A DNA stretch of 64,000 nt from Vitrella brassicaformis CCMP3155 (lineage: Eukaryota > Protista > Chromerida), in contig CDMY01000240.1 in the NCBI GenBank assembly GCA_001179505.1, positions 62,001 to 126,000 of the forward strand, read 5' to 3'. The position numbers and the translations under genes are program-made. The notes below the pieces were generated by a model. It saw only the letters and a program-made list of their open reading frames with translations, was not told the DNA's origin and did no database searches. How positions within the stretch are numbered: the stretch's first letter is position 1; every line of letters begins with the position of its first letter. This document shows positions 22,267 to 34,215 of this stretch, in pieces.

Positions 22267-25200
22267 ATGGCAGTCCAGTGGACCCCCCTGCCCACCACAG
22301 CCCAGCCCCAGCCCCAACCCCCCTCCAGCCCTCCCTCTTGCGCCGCCAAGTGTCTGTCGGCATGCGCACGTGTGCAGCACCTGGTGCTCTTATCGGCCGC
22401 CGTGATAGTCATCCTCCGGACGTTCGCTGGCTTCCCAAGTTGGCAGCGTGCGGCGTCCAAGGGCGGGCAGTCGATGGGCGAGAATGGGTTGACGCTGGAC
22501 GCGCAGAAACTGGCGATGGACTTTGTGCCCACAACATGGGAGGCGCCGACCAGCAAGCTGGGCCTCCTTGCCGCTGAATATGCGGGCCTTTTTGGTGAGT
22601 GAGTCGTGTGTGTCTGTCTGATGGACCACATACATGGGGTGGATGGTGGAGAGAAGAATGGCTGGCTGCACGCCTGATGTGACGTGTTGTTGTCTTCTCC
22701 CTCCCTCCCTCTGTGTGTGTGTGTGCCCATGGTCATCAATCAAGGTGGACTGTCTCACCCGTCTCCCCCCCGTGTGCCGCCGGCGTGGCTGAAGCTGCTG
22801 GTCAACTCCACCAAGGCGGTGCCCCCCCTATTCCCCCCTGCAGTGCATGCCGGCATGTCCTCTGACGAGGACTGGGTAAGGCTGGATGACCACCGCCTAC
22901 TCAAGACATCCTACTGGGACCCACGAAAACTCAGAGATGGCCACAGGCAACAGGTGGCTGCACCGCACCGGCAGGGTGGGAGGGGGTGCTTATCTGTCTG
23001 TCTTGCCTTATTCACCTCCCTCTCTCCCTCTCTCTCCCTCTCTCTCTCTCTCTGTGTGTGTGTGGTGCAGGTGCGTACGATAGCGTTGACGGGCGAGGCG
23101 GAACGGTCACCCGCAGCTCCGTACGAGAGCGGAAAGAATATCACGGGCGTCAGCTGCGAGCTCGTCTACCGGAACAAGCGGCTGGAGCAGGTGGTCGTCC
23201 CCGGCACCGTCGACATCAAACAGCTCGGCAAAAACGCCCGGGGCGTCCACTACTTCGCCTTCAGAACCTATCGATTCAGATTCCTCTTTTGCCGGTAGGT
23301 TGGGTGGGCGAAGCAAGGCAAGCAACACACCGCACCGCCCACTGCACTGACCCCAACGACCTCCCTCATGGTTGATGGCATCCATTGCGTCACGTCAGGC
23401 CGCCGCATCCTGATTTCCGTCCTGAGTTCCCGCCCCCCGAAGAGCCGAACTCCGGCTGGTCCAGTATCGCCAGCGCCCAGCCCGACTTTGCCCTCGAGCC
23501 CCCGCGTGACGCCGTGCCCGAGTTCGTCCTGTGGAAGAGCGCCAGGACGGGATCAAGGAAAGTCAAGATGAGAGTCAGGTGGGAGGGGAGGATCGATCAC
23601 ATCTCACCGATCGATGGATCGATCAACTGTGTTGCCTGCCTCCTGCGTACTTGCGTCTTGTCTTATCTGTCAGGCAATTGGCTGACCCCCGCACGCACGC
23701 ACGCACCTTAACGGTGTGTGTGCGGCCATGGTGGGGGGCTCCGAACCCCCACACGGGCGTCTTTGACCATGTGGTGCGGCTGATGGAGTTTGTCGAGACC
23801 TACAAGTGATGGATAGAGGGCTGGGGAGGAGCGACGCGCGCACACACGAGCTCGTGCATGAGCTGCTGTCTGTCTGTCTGTCTGTGTGGCTGTGGCTGTG
23901 GCAGAGTGTTGGGTGTGGACTACTTCTCCTTCTACGAGAGCGCCTTTCCCGTGAGTTTTGCGGTGAAAAAGGCGTTACGGGTGTACAAGGAGGAGGGGCT
24001 GCTGGAGGTGGTGCCGTGGAACTTCCAGCAGCACGGCCTGGAGCCATTCCAATCCGTCTGGGACTACGCACAGGAGGCACAGACCAATGACTGCGTGCTC
24101 AGACACTCCGACTCCAAGTGAGCCACACACGGAGAGGCAAGAGCAAGCGGCCATCTCTCCTCTCTCTCTGTGTGTGTTTGTGTGGGTGTATGTGTCACAT
24201 CCATCCCACAGGTACGTGTTGATGATCGACACGGATGAGTTCATCTTCCCCTCGGACCCCTGGGCGTGGGGGCCCAACCCCCTCCCGGCCATCCTCAACA
24301 AACTCATCCACTTCCACCCGCTCTCCGGCTCACTGGGCTTCAGGAACCACTGGACCTTCATGGAGTCACCTGATGACGCCGAGAAGGTAGGTGCCCCATG
24401 CGGCCACTGTGGTGCACACCCGACACACGAGACACCTTTATGGTATGGTGTGCCGTCTCTGTGGTGTGTGTTTCAGGAGAAGTGGGACGCCGAGAGAGCC
24501 ATCCCGGCATTAGGGCGCGTTCCCGATGACGAGGGCATTGAGCTGACCGGCGCCGGCCAGTCGGCCGCCTTCAAGGAGGCCGTGGCTTTCCACACACTCG
24601 CCACCCTTGACGAGGAGAGGAACAGGACAAATGGCAAGAGGGAAGGGGAGAGGGCCGCCCACAAGCACTGGCTGGACCTTATGGTGAGTCCGCGTAAGAC
24701 GCTCATCACCAAGGAGCCGGGGGACAACTCGCCGCTGCGCGAAAACTCGCGAACCAAGGCTGCTGTCATCCCATGGCGGGTCTCCTACATGGCCATTCAC
24801 CAGGTGCNNNNNNNNNNNNNNNNNNNNNNNNNNNNNNNNNNNNNNNNNNNNNNNNNNNNNNNNNNNNNNNNNNNNNNNNNNNNNNNNNNNNNNNNNNNNN
24901 NNNNNNNNNNNNNNNNNNNNNNNNNNNNNNNNNNNNNNNNNNNNNNNNNNNNNNNNNNNNNNNNNNNNNNNNNNNNNNNNNNNNNNNNNNNNNNNNNNNN
25001 NNNNNNNNNNNNNNNNNNNNNNNNNNNNNNNNNNNNNNNNNNNNNNNNNNNNNNNNNNNNNNNNNNNNNNNNNNNNNNNNNNNNNNNNNNNNNNNNNNNN
25101 NNNNNNNCCCCCCCCCCCCCCCGCCACACACCACACACACACACACACACACAAAAGGAGAGACGAGAGACGTGTGTGTGGTTTTTGAGTTGTGTGTAGG

Positions 25201-25879
25201 TGTCAGAGTTCCTTCCTGGTTTTGGCGAGAAGGATGAGTTTGTGGCCATCCCGTCTGACCTCGCACGGATGCACCACTTCAAGAGCGCCCAGCAGGCTCA
25301 GTCATCCGACTCACGGACCAAGACAGCCAACGGCCAGTTCAGCATCACCATCCGGGCGCAAGAGATCAACGTACGAAGCACAGCCACCACATACACACAC
25401 ACACACACATACAGGCACATAATTCTTCCTCCTTTCATATGTGTGCGTGTCCGTCTGCCATCGATCTGATCTGTCAGGACCAGTTCTTGCAGTGGGAGAA
25501 GGTCCGTGCGGACGGCCCCCACTACTACCTCTCCTCGGTGGTCAAAGGCATGACCAGCACCGCCCTCAAGATGGCCGCCCACACGGCCGTCACGACCACA
25601 CCGCGCAGCAGCAGCACCACAACGTCCTCCCCCTCCCCCCAGCCCCCATCTGCCGATAGCTCCCCTTCCCGCGGTGCCACTGAGCAAGACGCCAATGCGA
25701 AATCACCGTCTCAGCAACAGCAAGAGGATGGTGGAAAGAGGCCACAATGGACCGGCAAGCAGGATGTTGCAAGTACAGGGAGGGAAGTGGGTGTGGGTGG
25801 CGGGGGCGCTGAGACCGACAAGCGGCAGGCGACCATGGCGGGGGAGGGCGGCAAGAGGACGGGGGACAAGAGGAGATAA
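22267..25879 (+). CDS. Glycosyltransferase family 92 (DUF23)-like type II membrane protein
   Basis: An N-terminal TM (HLVLLSAAVIVIL) is followed by spliced motifs TVCVRPWW, MEFVETYK|VLGVDYFSFY, LLEVVPW, AQEAQTNDCVLR and YVLMIDTDEFIFP (DxD-type), which fit GT92. The tail is Ser/Thr-rich. An N gap interrupts an intron at 24808-25107. Confidence 0.75.
24808..25107. other. Scaffold gap (one of seven; others at 44799-45098, 47211-47510, 49535-49834, 52094-52393, 60945-61244, 63246-63545)
   Basis: Runs of exactly 300 N, i.e. placeholder size. True lengths are unknown. Confidence 0.98.
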
Positions 25880-26801
25880 GCAGGGCTGGCTGGCCGGGCG
25901 GGCGGAGTTGCTGCCTGTCCGTCCGTCCCACCTCCTGATCTCTGCCTCTTTCCTGCTGCTGTCCGTGTGTGTGTGTGGTCTGTTCGTGATGGGGGTGTTT
26001 CTTCCTTTGTACAGTCGGCCTGCCTGCCTGTTGGTGTGCACTGGGCCTGGCCTCTTGCCTGCCTGCTCGTCTGTCTGTCTGTCTGTCAGGGATGAGTGAT
26101 AAGTCAGTGCCCTCCCATCCTCCCCCCCTCCAGAGACAGACGGTGCACCGACAGTTGGCGATAGGGCCGGTGCCGTGCTCAATTCGTATACGTCCCTACT
26201 TCCATGAGACACATACACACACACACGTGTAGTCATATCACCCGTCAGTCTGCCGTTCCTTGTCTGCATTTTTTCTCCCCCTCTTTGTTTGTCATTGCAT
26301 CCGCTCGTCCAGCTATGGGGCGGGGCGGGTGGGCACGTGGGCGCGTGGCTGGCGTGGCTGGGAAGGTAAATCAATAGTGGGATGCGACGCGATGCGAGTG
26401 TTGTGATTGGTTGGTGATGGGTACGTACGGTGAGTGAGTGCTGCATGGAGTGTGTTCATCTTGGCTTTGCTGCGATTGATTGATCCCTCCCTGCAATTTT
26501 GTCCCGCGAGTGACGACAGCTAGAGGGGCGGGAGGGAGGAGGGAGGGGCTTTTGTTAGCCGTGCGCGTGGGACGCACGCCTGTGTGTCCGTTCGTGTGTC
26601 TGTCTGTGCCCTGTGGTCTGTTCGGATGGACGGACGTCTGTGTACATAAAGACGGAGATTAAGGGAAATTTGTTCTAAGCAGTCTCGCTGACCCGTAGAG
26701 CACTCACGTCAGCGTCAGTCATCGGACAGAGAGAGACACACACATACACACCAACTCTTGAGAGGCACCAGCCATACCAGCCGCCAGACAGCCACCGCCT
26801 C

Positions 26802-27855
26802 TCACCCCACCACTGTCCCCCTATCGATGACTGTCCCCCTGTCGATGACGTCACTCTCCAGACCGAATGGCCGCAGCAGACGGCGGGCGGCACCAATCGA
26901 CACAGAGTAGCGGTCGGCGAGCGGATGAGACCGATCGGCAGCAGGTGCCTCGGTCGTGTACAGCTCGACGCGGCCATTTCCCACCCGCAGATGGGCAGCG
27001 ACGGTCTCGCCGGATCGCCAGCCGCTCACAATCACACGACGATGATCGCCCGCATTGGCAGCATTCAGATTGCCCCAGTCGTCGCGATTGTCGGCAGCGA
27101 TGCCCTGACCCTCGATGATGCCATCGGTCCTCAGCAGTCGGCCATACCGAGGGTCGTCACGGCCGAGGTGTGCAGACAGCATTCTCCTCTTGCCCACCCC
27201 CTGTCCATCCGACCACCAGGGGAGCAGCCTTTCCAGCACGAATGCCGAGAATGAGCGGAAGAACAGGGAGCCGCAGCGGATGACGGGATCGGTCCGCTTG
27301 TAGCCGTCAGCATAGCGATGGCCGCCCGGCAGCTCACCCAATGGCACCACACGAAAGGTCACACTGGCGACCCGATAGGCCCCGCGGTCGGCTTGCTGCA
27401 GCGCCAGGCTGGTCCCGCTGTATGTGAGCATGTGGCCGAACAGCCGATAGATGGCCATGGCTAAGGGCAGCTGGTGGAAGGCCGTCCTGCTGGGAAGGTG
27501 GGCTGTCAGCCACCAAGCCGACAGCACCAGGGGCAGCCCATTGGCAGGCGTCAGCCGATAGATGGCGGCCAGCCGGATGAACCGCCCCATCGCAAGGCCA
27601 CTCGTTGCTGCCCTGCTCCAGCACATAGGCCGCCCGCAGCACATAGCTGAATGGGAGAGGGGCGGTGCGGTCGATGTCGATGAGGCCGGTGAGGGAGTGG
27701 CGGCCGAGGGAGCCGTCGATGCGCTCCACCAGCAGAGCGGCGGTCGCGAGAGCCGCCTTCGCCCGGCAGGTCGCTCGGACACAGACCGCCTCATGGACGA
27801 GAAGGGACGGCAGAATGCGCCGGCGCCACAGGTCGTCGGGCACCGAATCAGACAT
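26802..27855 (-). pseudogene. Lineage-specific superfamily, type I, copy C; frameshifted
   Basis: A 1-bp insertion near 27595 (tggccttgcgatg vs tggcgtgcgatg in copy B) splits it into ORFs 27334-27861 and 26802-27794. An 18-bp tandem duplication at the 3' end gives VIDRGTVIDRGTVVG*. Confidence 0.8.
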
Positions 27856-28394
27856 CGTCACAAATCACTCAGTCAGCGCATGACGACCGCCTCTGATGGC
27901 CATGGGCAGCAGCGTGGCGTGCACACTGTGAGAGATCTGCATCCACACAAACACACAAAGCAGCAGCAGCGGCTGCTGCTCGAAGCATACCCGAGATTCC
28001 CTTCCCTCCCTTCTGTTCCCTCACCCTTTGAGACTCAGTGAGCGGAAGTCGATGATGAAAAAGCCGCCGCCGCCGCCGTCATGGCGCCGCTCAAACGCGC
28101 CTGAGGGAGAAGAATGGGAAGAACACAGAGAGGGACGGAAAGACCCAGGGATGAATCAACGCCATCTGCGTCAGCTTGCTTGTGCTTTCCCTACCAGCTC
28201 CAGATCGGCCCGACGGAAGGCCCCTCAAGCGACGACCTGTGCGATGGAGGCGTCAAGATGGCACGTGCTGCGGAGGGCGGCAGAAAGATGAAAAAACTCT
28301 TCACGAAAAAGCACCCCCCCCTGAGCTCGCCCTTCCTCCGATCGCTCCGGTGAGGGCACCGCGCAGTCGCTGAGTCGACCTCCGCTGTACAATG

Positions 28395-28455
28395 ACGCCT
28401 TGAAACAATCAGCAGCTGCCCACGCGCCTTCCTTCGGCTCGTTGTTTCAAGGCGT
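28395..28455. repeat. Perfect 14-bp inverted repeat with 33-nt spacer
   Basis: acgccttgaaacaa (28395-28408) and ttgtttcaaggcgt (28442-28455). Confidence 0.85.
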
Positions 28456-29187
28456 GTTCGGCAGAAGGAGAGAGGGCCCATTGCTTGCGGGCGGCATACT
28501 CCAGTATAGCAGCAGCACAGCTTGCATCGGCGGGCGCATCCATCCGTATCATAGCTCTTGACAGGGTGCCGTCCGAATTGATCTCTCTGCGGGTAATTCA
28601 TTCACTGACAGGCACACACGAGAGACCGCCTCACACGCCACACATCGTTCCTCATTCAGCATCTATTGTGGTGTGTTGTCTTGTGTTGGTTCTATCAGGC
28701 ATCCCCTGGCCGCCGTGTGAGAGATAGCGGTGTCGTTGTCTGTCGTTGCTGCGCGTGGTGTGTTGCGACGCGTTGGGAGAGCATGCCTCCATAGCCACTT
28801 TACAGGTATGGTGCGAAAGCAGCACAGGGCCCAGGGTGCCTCTGTCTGTTGATGAATCATCTGTGTGGTTTTGCTTCTCTTCGCCTCTGCAGGCAGCGTA
28901 TGGAGCCGGAAGCACCATGTCGGCTCAAAGTGCCTCATCGCCATCAGCTCTCCCTGACCCGCAGGTATAATGGATCCACGAGGCGATACGTCATTGTTCA
29001 CTCCATCCGTCATCTATGCGCTGTGCGCTTTGCCGATCAGCATCCACCTGATGGGGGCAGGCCGTCCTATCGCCTCGTGAGCACCACTGGCCGCCAACTG
29101 ACCACAGAACAACAACCACCGGTAACTACCTGCTCTCGCCACACAGCTCACAACGCAACACACAAAGAATGAATGAGCCAATCAACC

Positions 29188-32100
29188 ATGACCTTCTCTG
29201 CTGTGCAGGCCCGTTGTCGCCTGTCCGCGGCGGAGCTGTCGTGTGTGTTTGCCAACTGGCAGCCGTGGGAGCTGACTCGGCTGCGGCCGGCCATCGGGAC
29301 GTCTCTCTTCCTCCACGCTGCCGCCAACTACACCCACCTGGTCATCGACTCGACCGCCGAGAGACCGCGCCAGATGTGGGAGCGGATGCCACGGCCCATC
29401 GCACACAAGTGGGGGGAGCGGAGTCTCAACCTGCGGCATGTGGGCCACCGCCATCCCGATCATCGAGAGGAGTGGCTCCTGGAGAAGGTGGTGGCCGTCA
29501 TAGAAAGCCACGCCGAGGGCAGAGCGGCATACGAGATGAAGACGGAGGAGGACAAGCGGCGTCAGAGGGGGATGGTGGCAGGTCGTCCTCGTGACTGGGA
29601 GCCACAGGGCAGCCTGGAGACGATCAGCTGGGAGGGAGACGGTCGTGACTACTTTTATTTTGACCACTTGGCCCCTTTCGACTTCGCCCCTCGCTGCGCC
29701 CCTTCCCCCGTGCACCTGCCGGCTCTCAAGTCAATCCGGGGGCTCGTCCCTGCCCACCGCGTTTTGGCTACGAGGGACTGGCGGACATCTGCACTGGAGC
29801 ATCTGTCTGGCAGCGCCTCCAGAGCCTCATGGGAATCCACCCGCCATCAGCCGTTGACATACGTCGACGTGCTAGTCCACTTCATCCTTTCAGCCACCCG
29901 CCTCAAGGAGCTCTCAGTGGATGACATGTCGGCGGTCAACTTCCAGCAGCTCGTCCAGGCCGCCAAGGCCGCCGCAACGGCAGCCGGGCGACACGAGGGC
30001 CGCGAGGGCCCACTCGCGGGTCTCGAGAGCATCGGCATCGATTTGTTGCAGCAACCGAGCAGCGCAGAGAACACTCTCGAGCTGCTGCAGGTACGAGAGG
30101 GAATGGAGAGAGAGAGAGAGAGAGAGAGCGATGTGCTTCCCTGGGCACAGAGGGAATTCGTCCATTGCCTCCTCTGCATGCTTCAGGCTGCCGTGGATGA
30201 GTGTGGGTGCCGTCCGCTGAAGGCCATCAGCTTCCGTCTCACCTCTTCGTTCGTCGATGCCATGAGTGTGCAGGCCATGGGCGTGCTCGAGCGCTTCATC
30301 AGAGGCTCGCGCCTTGCGGCCCCTGACGCAGCCATCACACTCAAGAAGGACAGGGAGCGATACAGCCGCTTCGACCTCTACCTGCTTCGTGCTGATCCCT
30401 CCGCCTGCCCCTCCCCCTTTGTCAAGGACAAGCTGATCGAGATGTCCAAGCTCGCCACAGAGGTCGTCTGGGACCCTCGCTGCAGAGCGGCCATCAGCGA
30501 CGGCATGAGGGATGTTGCAGGCCAGCTCGCCTTCGAGCAGGCAACGCGGCTGTACATCATCCCTGACGTGGCGTCGTGTCCTGTCGGACCTGTCTTCCCC
30601 CCAAGCCATTTGCCGCCGATGTCAGGGCCACCCGCAAGCACCTCGGTCCTGGAGGCCTTGTCGGCCAAGGGTTTGCCTGACGAGCTGCGGGTGCAGGGCA
30701 TTCGGGAGGCAGATGCGATCGCACTCCTAAGGGCCATTGGCAGGGAGGGCCACCTCAAGCGCCTTCACATGGAGCTGCATGAGGCCGATGGATTCCAGCG
30801 GTGGGCCCAGCAAGCGGCCGACCTTCCACAAGTAGAATCTGCACACATCGCCATCAAGGGTGAGGGGGAGAGACGGGGGAGGCAGAGGGCATGGGTCACC
30901 TGTGTGTGTGTGTTGTGCATCCATACGCATGCAGGACCTTTCGTCGCCGGCATGGTAGAGTCCCTTGTGCAGCTGCGTGGGCTCGAAGAGCTGGAGCTCC
31001 GCGCCATCAAGTGCGGCAACGTGGTTTGCCCCATCCACGCCAACGGCTTCCACATCTTTCAGGAGGACGACGGTCGGAGTGGAGGCAATGTGACAGTGAC
31101 GGCCATCAGGGCGTCATCCATCCGGGGCCAGCTACCCGGCGTGAGTCGTGTGCACGAGCGCGCTGCGACGTGGCTGCTGCTACAGGGCAGCAGGCTCTAT
31201 GCTGACCGGCCGGTGTTGGCCAAGTGGCGTCCGGTATCGGTGCCGGGCGCCGTGGCCCGCTTCACCACTCACACACACAAAAAAGACTTCTACTTCGAAG
31301 GTGAGTGAGAAAGCGCATGGTTGGGTAGCCAGCCGCTTCGTCATTTATCGTTTGCTGGTTCAGTGTCTGACCCGTGCAGGTCGCTCGACTTCGCCTATGC
31401 GAGCCTCGTGTCCCTGCTCAACCTCCCACTCAACGAGCTGACCATCAGCTATGACTTCCCCAGCACATCGATTGCAGCCGCCTTCAAGCAGATGGTCGAG
31501 TGCCGCTGCCCCTCGAGCATTCTGATGGGCTTCTGCATCGAGGCGGAGCCATGGGAGGCTGTGTGGGGGCGAACCACGACAGAGGCGCAGCTATCGCTGA
31601 CTATGCGCAGGCTCGACCTCGACCTGCGCAACATCTCAGAGGCGGCGGGGATGGCCGCACTGGTATCGCTGGGCAGCGACAAGAAGCTCAAGGCGGTGCA
31701 CATGGAGCTGACGGGGGTGGGGCAGGAGGGACTGCAGTGGGGCCAGAGTGCGGAGCGCCTGCCGGCCGTCGAATACATGATTATCAAACTGGATGGTGGG
31801 CCAGTGAAGGGCAGATCACACGGACAGACAGACAGACAGAGAGACACTGTGCCTCTCTCTATCTGCCTCTGTGTGTGTGTGACTCATCAGTGTGTCGTGC
31901 CCGCCCGACCGTCACATCTCTGCTGCAGCTGCGAGGCCTGCGAGAGCTGCACGTGTACGTCCAGCGCAACGAGTGTGTCCAGAGGGCCATGACCTAGCAC
32001 AACGTCCACAGCAGCACCATCACTCAGCGGCACGGCAACGGCGACGTCGTGTGGTTTCGCCTCGAGTGGGCCGTGGAGGACGGCATGGTCAAAGTGAAGG

Positions 32101-32228
32101 CCAAGAGAGCGGCACAAGAGGTATGTAAGTGTCAGGGAGGAGGGAGGAAGGGAGGGAGAGAGGGAGGAATGGCTGTTTATGGGGCTCCGTGTTGTTTGTG
32201 GTTGTCTGTCCGTCAGGTTAGCAGCTGA
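29188..32228 (+). CDS. Lineage-specific multi-exon protein with F-box-like start and LRR-like internally duplicated module; in-frame TAG near the 3' end
   Basis: Long ORF 29173-31308 with microsatellite introns. The N-terminus is RLSAAELSCVFANWQPWELTRLR. Two related modules are present (LKRLHMEL...LPQVE...SLVQLRGLEELEL and LKAVHMEL...LPAVE...SLLQLRGLRELHV). TAG at 31995-31997 is followed by open coding-like sequence, a GT donor at ~32122 and a TGA at 32226-32228. Confidence 0.6.
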
Positions 32229-32678
32229 CGCGGATGGATGGACGGATAATCTCGCCGCAGCAAGTATCGGGAGACAGACCGGCCGACCGAGCGACTGGTT
32301 TTTCGTTCTGCCTGTTCATATCGGTGATGCACATAGCTTGTCGATGGATACCGGACTGACTGATTAACGTATGAGGAGACTTTTCGTATTCTAATGAGGG
32401 GGAAATGTGATGACATATTCAGGCACAATTGACAGAGCCCATCGCAGTACCAACACGTAGACAACACGCTTCGCTTCACCCACTCAGAGGGAGTGGGCAT
32501 GAGTCAATCGACCTCATCCTTATCAGCGAAGCCCCCACGCATTTAGTCACAGTGTGCGGTGGACACAAAACCCATCCAAATGCATCCAGCCACCTTCCAG
32601 ACTGCTTGTCAGGTGGACAGACAGACCCTCTTCACCCATTGGATGAACCAGCTACACCAAATCGCCAGCCACCGTACC

Positions 32679-33755
32679 TCATCCCACCACCGTCCCCCTG
32701 TCGATGACGTCACTCTCGAGACCGAATGGCCGCAGCAGACGGCGGGCGGCACCGACCGACACAGGGTAGCGCTGGGCGGGCGGATTAGACCCATCAGCCA
32801 CAGGTGCCTCGGTCGTGTACAGCTCGACGCGGCCATCTCCCACCCGCAGATGGGCAGCGACGGTCTCGCCGGGCCGGAAGCCGCTTACGACCACATGACG
32901 ACGCCCTTCGCCCCCACCGCTGCGATGGTCGACAGCGATGCCCTGGTCTTCTGTTATGCCCTCAGTCCTCAGCAGACAGCGATAGCGATTAGCACGGCCG
33001 ATGCGTGCCGACAGCACCATCCTGCGGCCTACTCCGGCTTCACGGTCCCACCAGCGGATCAGCATGTGGTCCAGGAATGCCGAGAATGAGGGGTAGAGAT
33101 TGCCGCTCCAGCGGATGGCGGGGTCAGTCCGCTTGTAGCTCTCAGCATAGCGATGGCCGCCCGGCAGTTCACCGAAGGGCACCACACGAAACGTCACAGA
33201 ATTGCCGATGCGATAGTCCCCGTTGTCATCGGCTTGCTGCAGCGCCAGGCTGGTCCCTCTGTATGTGAGCAGGTGGCCGAAGGTCTTGTAGGTGGCCATG
33301 GACAGTGGGAGCTGGTAGAAGGCCGTTGCTGTGGGCAGCGCGTCGGCCGACAGACGGAGAGGCAGGGCCGCATTGAGAGGGGTCAGTCGGTAGATGAAGG
33401 CCAGCCGAAGGAACCGCCCCATAGCCCGCCACTCCTCGCCACTGCCCCGCTCTATCATATAGACGAACTTCAAGCCGGCCTCCAGATCATCGCCAATGTC
33501 AAAGTCCAACACGTCCGCCAGGCCGAGACGACTGATGTGCTCATCCACGCGGCGGCTGGCGTGCCCAAGCATGACGTCCTCATCATCGAGGTCGCTGTCG
33601 TTGATCTGCGAGCGGAGAGCGGCTCGTCTGTTGGGGTCAGATGACATTGCCATTTCGGCCGCCTTGCTGACGGCGATATCAAGAAGGTCGGCGGGCTGGA
33701 AAAGGGCAGGGCTGGGGGGACGATATGAGGGCGCGGCACCGGTGGGCTGCATCAT
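32679..33755 (-). CDS. Lineage-specific superfamily, type II N-terminus, copy D; intact 358 aa
   Basis: Uninterrupted ORF. From ~YMIERGSGEEW onward it aligns with type I copies and ends DVIDRGTVVG*. The N-terminus (MQPTGAAP...ISKAAEMAMS.DPNRRAAL) is shared with the 42.7-43.1 kb and 54.7-55.8 kb copies. Confidence 0.8.
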   Translation of the reverse strand: MMQPTGAAPSYRPPSPALFQPADLLDIAVSKAAEMAMSSDPNRRAALRSQINDSDLDDEDVMLGHASRRVDEHISRLGLADVLDFDIGDDLEAGLKFVYMIERGSGEEWRAMGRFLRLAFIYRLTPLNAALPLRLSADALPTATAFYQLPLSMATYKTFGHLLTYRGTSLALQQADDNGDYRIGNSVTFRVVPFGELPGGHRYAESYKRTDPAIRWSGNLYPSFSAFLDHMLIRWWDREAGVGRRMVLSARIGRANRYRCLLRTEGITEDQGIAVDHRSGGGEGRRHVVVSGFRPGETVAAHLRVGDGRVELYTTEAPVADGSNPPAQRYPVSVGAARRLLRPFGLESDVIDRGTVVG

Positions 33756-34215
33756 CGCTGTGCTGAGGTGTCAACCCGACACGAAGGCACAGTGTTTAAA
33801 GCTTTTCCAGGCTTTCTCTGCTTCTCTCTCGCTGCCCTCTTACCTGCAATCAGCGGTCTTGAGCTGAACGAGCGATATATCGGGCAGCGAGCTTGGTTTG
33901 CAGATCTCTTCCGTTTTTCTGCAAGAAACATGGCCGTGGTGTGTTGGCTGTGAGATGCCCAGGGACCCGTTGTGATTCTATCGATCAACCGAGATACTTC
34001 CACCATCTCTACTCGTGACGCCGTTCGGACGCACTGAGGTGAGGGAGGGCACCCAGGAGGGCAGGAGGGCATCAGCAATGACAGCCTGTGTGGTTCCTGT
34101 GTGTGTGTGTTGTGACAGATCTGTGACTCACAAGGCTGGCAAGAAACAGTAAAGGTGAGGGAAGGAAAAGCGGGGCCAACTTGAAACTATGAGTGGTCTC
34201 ACTTGTTTCTTGCAG

